Program-made: the position numbers and the translations under genes | In this document: piece after piece, positions 13,572 through 27,000 of the stretch | Layout: each line of letters begins with the position of its first letter | Position numbering within the stretch: position 1 is the first letter of the stretch | NCBI RefSeq assembly: GCF_003704095.1 | Contig: NW_020845127.1 | Coordinates: 1 to 64,000 of the forward strand | Direction of reading: 5' to 3' | Source of the DNA: Pocillopora damicornis | Lineage: Eukaryota | DNA length: 64,000 bases | The notes under the pieces: generated by a model | What the model was told of the DNA's origin: nothing | The model's database searches: none | Seen by the model: only the letters and a program-made list of their open reading frames with translations

Positions 13572-14313
13572 ATGCTTCAGTTTGTCCTATTCAGAATCGA
13601 ACAGGACCACCAACACTTCCATGGTATCCCTTTTACTATTTTACTGATAACAGAGGACGGCGGCGGCGTAAAATCCAACAATCTCTTTATTTTCAAGCCA
13701 CTTCATCACTTTTTCACCATACCTTTGATCACTGAAAGAAAACACAGACTATTGCTGGCGACAATCATTCTTGCTCTGTTTTTGAACGATTGTATTTCCA
13801 CCAGCCAGCTGGTAACTCGACGATAGAACTTCAGTGCGTTTCCTTGCCTGTGTTTATTCTTTCTTCACAAGCACGCAATAGCCGGGTTTATTTTCGCTCG
13901 AATTATTGTAGATAACACATTTCACTGTTTGAAATGTGTTTTGTATACGGCACATAGGCATGGGCTTTTGCGGCACGTTCTTTCGTTCGCTGTCCACTGC
14001 ATAGAGAAATAAATACGTAAGTCTGACTACCATTGAAATAATTAATTTAGCCCTATGATGTATTGCGTCGTGCGCCTAAGTGTTTTTGTGGTAGCTATGT
14101 GGTTTTTTATTGCGGATAAACCACCAAGAATTGTAGATTGACAGTTTTTGGAAAAGTCATTGTAAAATTAAAACAGCTGTGATGAATTTACGTCAAGTCC
14201 ATCGGAAAGCTGGAATAATACTTGAGACAATTTTTGATCCTTGTAGCAATTTAACACACAATTATATGCAGTTCCGCTGAAGTTAGAAAAGCGAAAGCGA
14301 TTACGGTACTGCG
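13572..14313 (+). CDS. Tentative first coding exons of the iGluR gene (13572-13811 and 14247-14313)
   Basis: A hydrophobic signal-like stretch RLLLATIILALFLNDCIST precedes a phase-0 donor CTG|gtaact. A 67-bp exon (ttgtag|CAA...TGC G|gtaagt) runs phase 0 to phase 1 and joins in frame to exon 15019. The start ATG is uncertain. Confidence 0.3.
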
Positions 14314-14816
14314 GTAAGTAGTTATCAGTAAGTAGTGTTATGTGTTATACATTGAATTCATTTATTAATTCATTTGTGATATTTATTCGTCGAAATAAAA
14401 AGTGTCTACGTAAATTTATCCTTGATGGTTACTCCTATTTAGACAGACTCTTGGTAAGATATCCTTACAGCCTCATACTACTGTAAAACAAAGCTATAGA
14501 TTTAAAGGCAACTGTGGTTTTCACCATCGTTTACTTTATCCAAGAATTGTAGTCATAATAAATAATCGGGCTGTGCAGAAATCTTACTCGGCTCTTTAGA
14601 TGAGCCTTTTTAATATTGAAATTTAGGTGATACTTATTAGGGTAATTTTACCTTGACGCGCCAGAGCGACAACGATAGTTATAAATATATTCATTGGTCT
14701 CAACTGCCGTGTTTAAAATCATCTGAGGTTACGAAATAACCGTCATTTAGCTGAAATTCTCTCTTACTTGTCTCTTTTGAACATGGCTCTATTACAGTAG
14801 TTACATTTTGGCTCTG

Positions 14817-14874
14817 CTACGTGCTACGTTCGTTGCGTGAACTACGTGCTACGTACGTTGCGTGAACTACGTGC
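14817..14874. repeat. 25-bp tandem repeat (~2.3 copies)
   Basis: ctacgtgctacgt(t/a)cgttgcgtgaa repeated. Confidence 0.7.
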
Positions 14875-15018
14875 CCGTTCAGCTTCATTCGAACTCTTCT
14901 TATGTCTTTCTTTAAAAGTAGCATTCTGATAACGTTCCAGAGGGGCTTTTTGGAAAACAGCCAAAAAGGAAACTGCATAACGGCTGTAAAAAGTAGACCT
15001 ACTTTCGTGATTTTTCAG

Positions 15019-18000
15019 GAGCAGTCTTCTCTAAAGAGACTGGCGCGAACGGAACTGAAGAAGAAGCTCTTAAACTTGCCATTGAGTATATAAATGATGA
15101 CAATGAAAAGTACGCGGGTATTGAATTGAAAGCCTTGGTTAAATATTCGGATCCGATGGACGATTTTGAAAATATCGAGCAAGGTGAGAAATCTAGTATT
15201 TATGAAAACAAGAGGACGTACTGCGGAGTAGAGGGTACGCTACAAGCAGTTCCTGCTTTTCGGCAAAGTCCGTCGCGTTAGTAAAAAAAAAAAAAAAAAA
15301 ACCAGAACTCAAAGAGGGAGGCACACTCTCAGAATTCCGTGCTACGCGCTAACATCAATTTTTTCTCTAATTTTGTTTACCCGCGCGACGGATTTCGCCG
15401 ACAATAAGGGACTGCTCATAATTTAAAAAGAGGAAGGTTTCTCTTCCATCCTTCTCTCATCTTTCCCCTATGTGATCTTGCTGTTCGTTACTTTTGTGGG
15501 CAGGCTACAAAGGGTTTGAATATTACATTTATTTTAATTTTTGTGAAGATAAGGCTGAAATAAAAAATGGTCAAGCTGGAATGCGATGTTGATTACTAAC
15601 GCCTTGTGATACCAGTAGCGCTCTTGCCATCTGACCGAACAATATATTTACCCGATTTCAAGTAGCCCCAGAGCTAAATTTCTAAGAGCAGTGCACGGCT
15701 GCCGTCTTATTGTTTCAAGTCTTATCTTCACTCCTACCTGTGTTGCATTTCTCAGAGTGATAATCTTTCTCTGAAGTTCAAATTTATGATTTTCCCTCAT
15801 TTTATTGAATATATCACTGTCGTGAATAGTATTTTATTGAATAATATCACTCTGGTTAATAGATTGATGCACAATTCTCAGTTGCCCAAATCCTATGTTT
15901 TTGTGTCTAATTGATTTAGTTCCTATGGGTTGCCTACTCCACTTGAAAAAAGCTATGATAAACCACTCAGAGAGTTAAGAATGATAATTCGTTAATTAAC
16001 TGTTAACAACTATAGCAAGGTTTACTGTAAAGCATCCATCCATAATTCTGTTGCATGACTTCTTTTCTCTTCTGACATCAACGCAGCTATTTTTAGTGAT
16101 TCTGAACTCATGCTCTCGTTTCCAGTCAACAGTCTGCTGAGCAGTAACATATCAATTCTTATTGGTCCAATGGAAACGTCTGCCGTAATTGCCACCCACC
16201 CTCTGTGTAGCAGAGCAAGTGTCCCTCAGATAGCTCCGCTGACCAGTCTAGAAATCATTTCCGAAGGTGATAGTGGTTTGAACTACTTATTGCGCATGAG
16301 CCCCACAGAGAAGCTGAAAGCCAAAGCGATAGCAGAGATAATTAAGAGGTACAAATGGGAAACGATGGCTGTGCTAGGATATCAAAACAAAGAAGGTGAA
16401 GTTAGCAACAAATTTTATGTTCAGATACAATTTTGTACCAATCTTTCGGTCATTAAATGTGGCTTACAAAGAAGTAATATTCTTAGAATTGAGCCGTGAG
16501 ACAATCTACCTTGTGCTGCTAATCGAGTATTTTTGCAAAGCGAATGTGTGAATTTGTTGAGTTCTTGAAAACATAGCTCCGTGCTCGGATAAATATCAAT
16601 GTAAAAGACAGAAATATAAAAAAAGTGTGTTGAGATCAGAGCTTTACTCAAACAAGTCACATAGTTTTCGATCTAGGTGAAATAAGTTCCAATTTATTGA
16701 AACCATGCTTTCTCGGAACCGCAAGGAGAGAATCAGCCTATTAATCCTTTTTTGTAGAGAGCTAGCTGGACTTGATCCGTACTTTTAAGACATTAGGCTG
16801 ATATTCTCTTAGAAGAGTCCTTAGACTTGGTTGATAGGATATATTCATATATACATGTAACAGCTCGTATTCGATGGTGCGTGCTCACGTACATTTCCCT
16901 GATGACAAGCGGAGCCTGTATCAATCCCGCCCTCCCGAAAGAGTGTGAAGAGATAGTCCTTCAATGAGAGAAAAAAAATTTTTGCAGCTCCTGAAGGTCA
17001 CTCCAGCTTTCGTTTGATCGCCAATGGAAACGAATGGAATATGGTTAAGGAAACTCTTATCTCACCTGATCCAGCTGGTAAACAAGGAAATCTGCGTATG
17101 GCATCCATGGCTATTGACTATTTGAAAGATTCTCAAAGCACTCGGCTTGCGGTCATGTTCTTTCCTGCGTGGACTGTGGAAAAATTTATGAAGCGGGTAA
17201 ATAAAACACTGCAAACAGAAATGGGCAACTGGACATGGATATTTTCAAACTTTGGGAATCGTAAGGTGAGAAACTTTGTTTTTTTAAGTGAAGTTCATTT
17301 TAAAGAGGTCGACGAGTAGTTTCGTGGACGCTTGGTTAAGCTGCTGTGCTCCACATCCCGACCACGGACAAGTTTAGACCAATAAAAGCCTATTTGTTCT
17401 TAGTGGTGTCCTTTTAGATCGAATAGTGTCCTTAGAGTACTGCAATATTAGAAGGGTAACCACTCAACAACAAGGGCGCCAAGGCAAACATTGCAGATCA
17501 AGATGTCATCTAATGAGAGTAGCAACAATCGCATCGTGTGAAAACGGTGTAAAGATAAAAAAGGTCAATTATGTACTCGAACCTAGTGCCCACGCAGCCG
17601 GAGCTTATATTGGTTTTCATGAAGCATGAAGCGACTAAGAGTATTACTACTCCTCCTTGGATGACAGGCTAGTCTATAGCAAGGCTACCCCCCAGCATTT
17701 CATCCGGCCTCTCTGACGATTCACCGGTACCTATTTATACTCCTGGGTGAAGAGAGGCATTGTGAGAGTAGAGTGCTCAACACAACACATTGACCCGGCC
17801 AGGTCTTGAACCCAGACCTCTCGACCCGGAGTCCAGTGCACTAACTATTATGTTTGATGTTTGAAATAGTAAGTTAAATCGATAATCTTGGTTGTATCAG
17901 GAGGAACTCGTATGGTTTGTGACAAAACCACTCAAGATTATCCTAAAGCTAACGTGGGTTTCTTCCTATGAATTCACCGCAATCGAATCTTTTTTATACT

Positions 18001-21000
18001 GATATACTTATTTACCCTCACCGGCTTTTGACAGATCAATACATTTTGACGATTGGCCAGTTCGAACAAGTGGCAACCTGAAATTAATGCAACTGAGTAT
18101 GTGACAGTCCTCAGCGGTCAATCGTTTTTCATTTCGTTACAAAGTATGGAGTTACAAATAGCTTGAAAATGACATAGGAGTACTGTGTGAGGCGAATACG
18201 TCAATTTTTCTCTAAGCCGCTTAAGTATGCCAAAGAAAGACAACGCCACAACCACGGGAATAGTGGCTGGGTTCTTTCGCAAACGGGATTACGAGAAGTT
18301 CAGGAGACGGTGCATACGGTGTACGATCCATCTGAGCGCTTACAGCTAGTATCACAAACATAGCTTTTTGTCCTTAGATTTTTTAAGGTTCTACCCTCCA
18401 TACAAATTCCCTATCTCTTTTTTGTGCCCCAGAGCTCTCTAAATTTAACAAAACAGCTGGTGATGATTTGAGCTAATAAGACCCGATTGAGTGAGAATTC
18501 AATTTTTTTAACAGAATGTTAAAATCGAATGGGAATTTTGTTCATTTTCTCCATTCTTATACACCAACAATAACTTCATAAGTTTTCTTAAAACAGGAAG
18601 ACCTCCTCGGTAGTGACTCTGGTGATATACCAGATTACATGCAAGGACTGCTCGGCATCAGACCGACCGTGGGTAAAGGTGCCCGCTTTGAAAAGTTCAA
18701 AAATGTATGGCAGCAGTTGATCCCGGGAAAAGAAGTATCGGTAAATTCTTAACTTCCATTAATACTCTAAAAACTTGCCACCTTTCAAACGGCAGTTAAT
18801 AAGTTCTGGTTTAGCTTTCGTTTTTTCTTTTCTTTTTTTTTCTTTATTCAGAAAATTCTGAAATAAAATGAATATCTCACTGCTGAGCTGGCTTGTTTCA
18901 GCTTGCTTGTGCCCAAAAATGTATGCGCTTTTGATTTAGTATTACTATGGTGGTCATTTTTTTGTCTTTTTCAGGTATCTGTTGGTCGAGTTTATGACTC
19001 TGTGTTAGTGGCCGCAGAGGGAATCAAGAGAGCCCTCCGAAATGGAGTAGCTTTACCGAGCAATCAAACTTACCGGGGATTTTGCAGCAGCTCGGACAAG
19101 CAGGAAGAAAACACCAGTGGAGAAGAACTAGCCAAATATTTGAACGAGGTAAAAGTGCCAACAACTTGTTCGTTAAATAGAACACCTTCTTAATTGATTT
19201 GCAAAAATCTGAATTAACCAAACTGTGGATCTAGATGTCCTGGAATAGGAAATGTGAAGGTTTACTTTTTCTAGCGACCTTTGAAGAGGGAATAAAGGTA
19301 TTTCTGGGAGACGATTTAAATCATTTGCCACTATGGTCCCTTATCTAATACGTGCACATGACTTAAAGATGTGGTAATTAGCAAATCTGCAACTGAAATT
19401 AATTTCTCTTATCTACGATAAGATGTTTTTTTACACTGATACTCTGTGGCTCAGTGGTATAGCATCGGAGCGCGGAATCCGAAGGTCTGAGGTTCTATTC
19501 CTCATAGAGACTCAGAATTTTTTCTTTGTCCCACGCTCGCGACAGGGCGAAAATCATTTTTTAAATTTTGTACCTATTGGTAATCTCGGGTAAGATCTAA
19601 GAATTCAGTGCAAATTTTCACTGTGCTATTCATAGGTAGAGGTTGAAGGTGTCATGGGTAAAATCCATGCCAATGATCCAGATTACGCTGGTTCTGCTTA
19701 CTTTGATGTGCTAAATCTAAGAAGCACCGGTGAATATAAAGTAAGTCCCGAGATAAACATTCGCAGTATGTCGGTCTTTTTAGAAGGGCTTCTCCTTTAT
19801 CTGCCTGAGCTTCTGAAGCTCGAGGCAGCAATACTAAGGCAACTAAGGAATCCTATTTGTTTCGTTTTATTTTTTAATGTTTTTTGTAAACTTTTTCTTA
19901 ATTGTGCTTTTATTCCTTATGCTTGTTCAGTTTTACCGAAAAGCGATTAACACTGCTCCGAACTCACCTGCTATAGCAGCGTAAAAGTTAAATTAATTCA
20001 GGATGAGCACATAATTATTGGCAAGAACTTGAAAGAGGAAGATAAGTCACTACAGGAATTTAAAAATGCTGACGCCGCGAGCATCAGCAATTGGGTTTCG
20101 ATTAACCCGAGTCTGGTTTATGTCTCGGATGAGTAATTTCTTGATTTTGATGAGTATGTGATTTGTCGTGCCGCTCCGATATTTTACCTTTTTGCTATTC
20201 AAATTCGTGGACAAGATATGCTGAAAAAAAAAACAACAACAACAAAATAACTACTCCGCAGTTAGCCTGTTAGCTCAGTAGAGAACTACACCAAAATCAC
20301 ACCACAGGCCTGATCATGATTTTAATTTCAGGCTTTATTTTCACTTCTGTTTAAGTGGTGATCACTATTGGGAAGATCGTTCTCATCTTCATCTTCAAAC
20401 TTCATTTTTTTGACAGGTCGGGGAGTGGAATACGACTGGGTTACATATGTTTGAAAACGAAAAACCAATCTGGCCTTCAAACAGCTCAGACATACCATTG
20501 GACATTCCAAATATCTTGAAGGGAAAGACTCTAAGGATCGCTACCATTTTGGTAAGTAGTTTATCAAAAAGTGCTAGAGCTGGGTGCAAAATCGTCCAGA
20601 TCAGCATTAATTTAACTCAGTATTTCTCATTTGGTGTAAGGGAGTTTTGAAGCATTTTTGATATATTGTTTCCATTTGTGGTACTCTACATCAAGATTAT
20701 GCCCAACCATGTTAGCCTTAAGATGTTCCCATACCAAAGAAATCGATTCTTAGTTTAACGTTCAATCCGGTATGTATGAGTAATAAAGTGATTTCGAGTG
20801 CAATTTGGTGTTAATAAGCAGGAGTAAATTTTTCGAAGAAGACAAAATTGCACGAGAAATCATATTGTTTATTTTTTAGACTTTCCGTGAAAAAAGCATC
20901 ATAGAAAGTCAAGACACGAAATTTTGACAGCGCTATGTGTAATTTGCACTCGTATCACATGAATGACCAACAAAGCTAATCAAAAGATTTCCAATAGGCT

Positions 21001-24000
21001 CCACCGTTTGTGATGTTGAAAAATGGTGCCGAATCGTCCTCGAACGAAACCAAGGACTTTGAAGGTCTGAGTATTGATATTTTGGAGGAAATAAGCAAAA
21101 GACTGGAGTTCAACTATGAGATATATCAAGCTCCTGATGGAAAATTTGGAGTGAAAAACAGACTCACTAGAGAGTGGAATGGTATCGTCAAGGAAATCAG
21201 GGACAAGGTTCTATCTTTTCTTCATTATTATCAATAAAAATAATGTAGCTCCCAGTGGGTTTCGCTTTTTCAGCATTTTACACAAGTCTATGAAGTTTTG
21301 CTGTTCCGGGGCCGGTGTCAGGACTAGTGCAAATGCCGTATTCACAGCGGCATCAACGATATTATGAAATTAATTTTATCAACAGCATGTTCAACGATTT
21401 CACCTTTACTTATTGAGTGTTTATAATTGTACGTGATTAACCATTTGAGCAAACTTTATTTGGAAGGGATCCACATATTTTTGTTATTGCTTACTAGTAC
21501 AATGCATAATCCGTTCTTGTTTATATGTAAGTATTTCAAGCAAGTGACGTTTCAGCACGGCAACAAAAGCTTTGTTCCTAGTTCCAATAGGTTCCCTGGT
21601 GTAATATGTACTAATTGTTGCTGTGAAGGTTATTTACCTCTTTCACGAGCCATGCTTCCGAATAGACTAACTAAACAGGTCTTGCACAAAAGTGTTAAGG
21701 TTCAAACTTATCAAATATTACCGGAAAAGACGGAGGAGCACATGAAACTTTAATCAATGACTATCCCTTAACTCCTTTTATCAGCCATCTTCACTAAGTT
21801 GAATGCAAATTACGCGCGAATTCAGTACAAATATTGCGGGAATATTGAACGGTTATTTGGACATTTGGTCATTTTGTACTGTGAAAAAACCTGTTTGACA
21901 GGTTGGCCAGGATTACGCAGGTCATGTCAAGGGAGAAAACAATGAACGACATTTTAAAGTACCGATGACACGAAATTTTGTTGCATTTTCTGGTTGATTG
22001 CCTTATTTTAAAATTAGAAATAATCGACCTTAGCGCCTAGCGAGTTATACTTGACCATTTTTTTGTGCAATGAAAGTACGATTTGGCGGCCAAAAAGTGT
22101 CCCCATTAAGCGCGCCGCCAAAACGGTTATGTTACATAGCTGTGACGTAGAAAACTGTGAAGACACGTCGGCAACTATGGTGGAGAAACGAAAAGTCTAG
22201 AAGAAAGGACGAACATGTTACGCGGCCGGAACGTCAAATGATGTTAGCTACAAGAATAATACACATAAACCGGGTATTTCTATATACTACTTTCCAAAGG
22301 ATGTAGCTGTATCTCCTCGATCGTCGACATAGAGGAGATTTTACTCTTCAATGTCGTCGGCCATATGCTTAGTGTTGGCTTTGAAGACGCCTGTTACGAA
22401 CACATATCACTAGTTAAATCAGAAGAAGATAACCAATGAATTCAGCTGAAAAGAATGCTAATTAAGGGGTCTGTTCCCACACCGTACACGATTGTTCAAC
22501 ATTCCCTTCGGCTGACCTTTAACAAGCGAAGAATGGTGAGCTCTTTATTGTTGTTTATTTCACGCGCTTGAGATGTACTCGGACTTCTTGTCTTTCCACA
22601 TGACTACATTTGCGCTTTTCTTATCGAATGAAAATCCGACCAATTGTAGTTTCTATCGTATTATAATAACAGAAATACATCAATTGTAATGAAGTTCAAG
22701 CCCTTTCCTGAGGTGACTGATATCCTGTTTCGTGAACAGCGCAGAACCTCTGGCAGATACTGGCATAAACACAAGCTCGAAGGAGCCGTGTATTCTCCTA
22801 ACTTAGGTTTCCGAAAATCCATCCCACGAGCCATCAATTTCCCCCTGCCCTCAAGAAACTTAAAGTAGCCACAGTGGCAATGTCATTGTGATAACAGCAC
22901 TACAACGAGAAAAATAAATAAACACAAATTTTATTGAATTAGATGATAGCGAATCCAAGTGCTGTGTGAAAGTCGATGCGAACGAAATATTCACTTATAA
23001 TACTTATGTCAGTTAATTGCCATTGAGTGAAATGGGTCTCATGGCAATGCTACACTTAAACTTAAGAAGTTTTTCTCTATTAAAATCCCTATTTGACATT
23101 AACTTGAATCAGATGACTATAAACTCACTCGTTTTCCTTTCGGTTTGACCGGCTCGATGATCGCGACGATCGCCTCTGCCTTTGCAATCTCTAAATAAAG
23201 GAGCAAGTGAAACTGCCCGATGACTTCTCGTGCCTCGTGATACAGCCGATTCTTTCGTCAAAAATTAGCTTTTGGTTCACTAAGGGAATTTCTGTACAGC
23301 AACGAAACTCTGCACTGACTGAGGGGAACCTTCGCCGCACAAAGTGCGAAGGAATAAAAATGTTATGGCTACAGAAACGAACACAGCTACCCATTCTTAA
23401 CATAGATTACGCCATAGAAAACAAAACACAAACGCAACAAAACAAACAAACTAAACATTCAGTAATGTTCTAATCTTGACCTAAACACCGCAGGCGAGAA
23501 ACCGTCTTTGTCAGTCTTCGTCGAAATCTTCGTTTGATGCACTCGGTTCTCCTTCGTAGGGGTGAAACATACTCGCAACTTCCATTTCTTCTCACTTCTT
23601 GAATTATATCACAACTCTCGGTAGAGCTTGCCGAAGGTAGGTAGACATCGTCATTGGACATTATTTCAAGAGTATTTCAACGCCGACTGATACAAAATTA
23701 CAAGAGATGTGGAAAATTTGTTGGTGTCAACTGAGAGTTTTCACAGTTTTCTACGTCATCACCCACTAATTCGTTACCAGTCCACAATACACTTTTAAGA
23801 CAAAATAAGAGCACTTTAAGGCCCGAAAAAACCGAGTTTTAAGTTTTTTTAAATTTTTCTTCTTTCGGAATTGGTTTGTACATATGATAAGCTAAATATT
23901 TACGCAAAAAAAGATTTCGTGTCGTAGGCACTTAAAGGTAGTTGGATAATGAATGACTCTTTAGACGTTTTGGTGTATAGTATCGCCGAGTATTTCTATT

Positions 24001-27000
24001 CTTTTAGAATAGTGCCGTACTTTGACTTGCCTTGCGGGGTCGTCAAAGTAAGGGGTACAACCCGTGAAAATACTCAGCTATGCTACACACCAAAATTTCT
24101 CATGAGTTATGTTTATTAAACAGAAAGCCGATATGAGTATTGCCCCAATGACCATCAGCTCTGATCGTCAAACAGTGTTAGATTTCACTCAACCTTACAT
24201 GACTTTTGGACTGGCCTTCATGATACGTGTCCAGGAAGTTAACGGGAACTACTTCAGATTCCTGTTACCGTTCAGTAAATATTTGTGGGTGGCCATATGT
24301 GTGTTGGTGATGGTGATGGGGTTTTCAGTGTGGTTCTGTAACCTCTTCAGTCCACTTGGGTATTACGGAAGATGTACACAAGCTCAGTCTACAAAACAGG
24401 TAAACGAGATCCCACTACTTATTATAGGAGAGTCTAGTTCGTTGTTCGTATTGTTTCGAACTATTTAGTTAGTTTATAATTAGTTAGTCAGCTCAGCATG
24501 ATTTGATTTTTCGTATATATTTAGATTGTAGTCACTGCATTAATTCAAATTCCGAAATTATTTAGGTTTAAGCTGTCGTGACGAGTTATCGAATTGTGAC
24601 CGTCTTTTCTAACTGCCAAGTGGATATGCGTAGTTTTGTCTAATGACCTTGCTTTGGACCCACACGAAAGTTATTTTTTTGGCTAACGCAGTCAGAGGTT
24701 GATTCAGTTGATCGAAGGCATTATGATTTATGATAATGTCATAGGACATCGATTAACACAGTCTCACACAGTTTTAAGCTCGTTAATTTACTGGGCTCGG
24801 GTACGATCCATTAACATCAAACAACAACTAAAAAACAACGAAAAACACCAAAGTTACGCTCATACACTACAAACTAGCTATAAACGTTAACTTGTATGAG
24901 GGTGATAATCAATGGAAAGATTAACACACGTTGCTTTGCCTCGTAAAGGTAAACAACGGACTTCCTTTTCGGTAACGAAAATGACGACATAAATGCTCTC
25001 AAATGACCTTCAACGTTTAAATGGCAAACTCTTCTCGCGTTATTGGTTGTTGACCTGTATCGTTCTTAATTCCAGCTAAAACCAGAAGTCCTTAAACAAG
25101 TTGACACTCTCAGCTTAAACAACTCTATATGGTCGTCGTGGAAGGCATACGTCCGTCGTAGCGCTGAACATCCAAGGTCATGGTCTGGCAAGTTAACAGT
25201 GTCTGTCTTCTGGTTCGCTGTGATGATCATCAATGCTACCTACACAGCCAATCTGGCCGCTTATCTCACTGTATCCCGGATGCAAACTCCCATTGAAACC
25301 ATTCTAGATCTGTCGCGTCAAACCCGCATTGAGTACGGAACACTTAAGGACTCACAGCTACAAACATTTTTCCAAAAAACGGATGTTCCCAGGTCAGTAA
25401 ACATCAAGAAAAAGTCTGGCTCGTTAAAGAATGCGGATCGGTCGGTTTTGCCGTGATTATCTGCAAGACTGAATAAGCTCATAAGCCGGGAGTGGTTAGC
25501 TTTGACCACTAATCCTTCCATCTTGTGGCCCGTTCTTATCAAAACCATATAACCTTTGCCAAAATATAGGCCTAGAATTGGTATCTTAGACATAAATTTC
25601 AGGTTCTCGGCTTTTTACACCAATGGTATGTTAACTGTGTGGTACTGGTTTTCAGAGGCTCGAGTTTCGTCACTTTTTAAAAGAAGACTTACGTGGTTTT
25701 TGTGTTATGGTTTTAGTTATCTGGTGATGGGACAGTTTATGGAGCAGCGCAAATTATGGATGCCTAGTTATGAAGCTGCCATCAACAGAACTTTGGAGGG
25801 TGACTTTGCATTTATCTCAGACAGACCAATTTTAAATTATGTGGCACGACAAGACAAACATTGTGGAAAATTTAAGGTTACTGGCGGGTAAGACACTACA
25901 AATTCTATGACTTGGACAAAACTGCTCAGACGAACCTTTATTGATTTATTAGAGGAGTTCTCTCCCTTTTTCTTGTGTTTCTATGAATCTTCTTGTCTAT
26001 GCAAAAGCAACTCGTTTAGACCCTGCAAGTGTCATTGTGCTTTCAGTCTAAACAACCGTGTTGAATACAACAATTTTTTAACCTTTTTTTTTTTTACTTT
26101 TTAGCGAAAGAAAAGTTCAAAGCCTTGCTATAGAGTTTTTTACCTGTATCGCACTAAATCACCTCTCTTCTGTATTGTGTTACATCAACTAAATAGCATT
26201 TTTTTTTGTTAATAATGAAAAGTTCTTCCTGATATCCTAAAAAATCGCCTCTATTGAGAAAAGTTCGCAAACTATGCAATTAACGCTCTTATAAGCAAGC
26301 GCTCTTATAGCAGCGACTCTAAGCTTCTATTTGAGGAAGTTGTCCGTCTTACAGGGATGCTTGTCAAAGGACACTTGTTTGATTTTTAACACCCGCAGAT
26401 TTGTTACATAAGTTCGTTCTCGGGGACGAGTTGTATGACAGGTACTCAATTGAAAAATATACAGTCCAAGTTGAGACATGTGGCATAACTCCATTTCAGG
26501 TTTGGTAATACATATGGTTATGGTTTTGCTTTTGAGTTGACCTCGCCATACACACCACTCTTTAATATGGAACTATTTCGACTTCAAAATGAATTCGTCA
26601 TAAGCAGTCTGACTCATAAGTGGACAAAGGAGAGGGTGAATTGCGAACTGGTGGATAACTTTGAAGAGCAGCAACAACTTGGTAAGATATGTTTCCAGTG
26701 ACGAGAGCAATATAGGCTATTCACCAGCTTCTTTGACTTTTAAAAGATGAATACACTCTAGTGACGATTTAAAAAAGATTCTACAATTTTTACGTGGCGT
26801 GCCCCGTATCGTTATTCAATAGCTTGTTTTCTAAAAACTCACATATTAAGCTTGGATCGTATGCACAAAATGAGATCAAAGTGAGCGTTAAAATCTCTTT
26901 CGTCGTGACATGCCATAAACCTGTTTTATCTTTGTCTGATCTCAGGAAGCACTGTCCAGAAGATGTCCGTCCAAAACATGCTGGGTGTGTTTATCCTGTT

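Larger units (their letters stand above)
21958..23932. mobile_element. Non-autonomous Kolobok-like DNA transposon in an iGluR intron
   Basis: TIRs AGTACCGATGACACGAAAT / ATTTCGTGTCGTAGGCACT (16/19 match), AG...CT termini, TTAA on the left (21954-21957) and TAAA on the right (23933-23936). Convergent THAP (+) and Cys-rich (-) gene relics; no DDE core retained. Confidence 0.75.

Noticed and set aside
13934-14016. Alternative iGluR first coding exon ending at the strong donor TAC|gtaagt
   Set aside because: All three frames contain stops shortly upstream; at most a non-coding exon.
16899-16945. CTGATGA...GAAA hammerhead-like spacing
   Set aside because: No convincing stem II/III or cleavage triplet.
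18735-18740. Tandem donors GAA|gtatcg and TCG|gtaaat
   Set aside because: Both keep frame (2-aa difference) and cannot be resolved without RNA data; not claimed as alternative splicing.
19441-19512. Possible tRNA gene
   Set aside because: It has A/B-box-like segments, but the acceptor stem does not close and it runs into a SINE-type tail.
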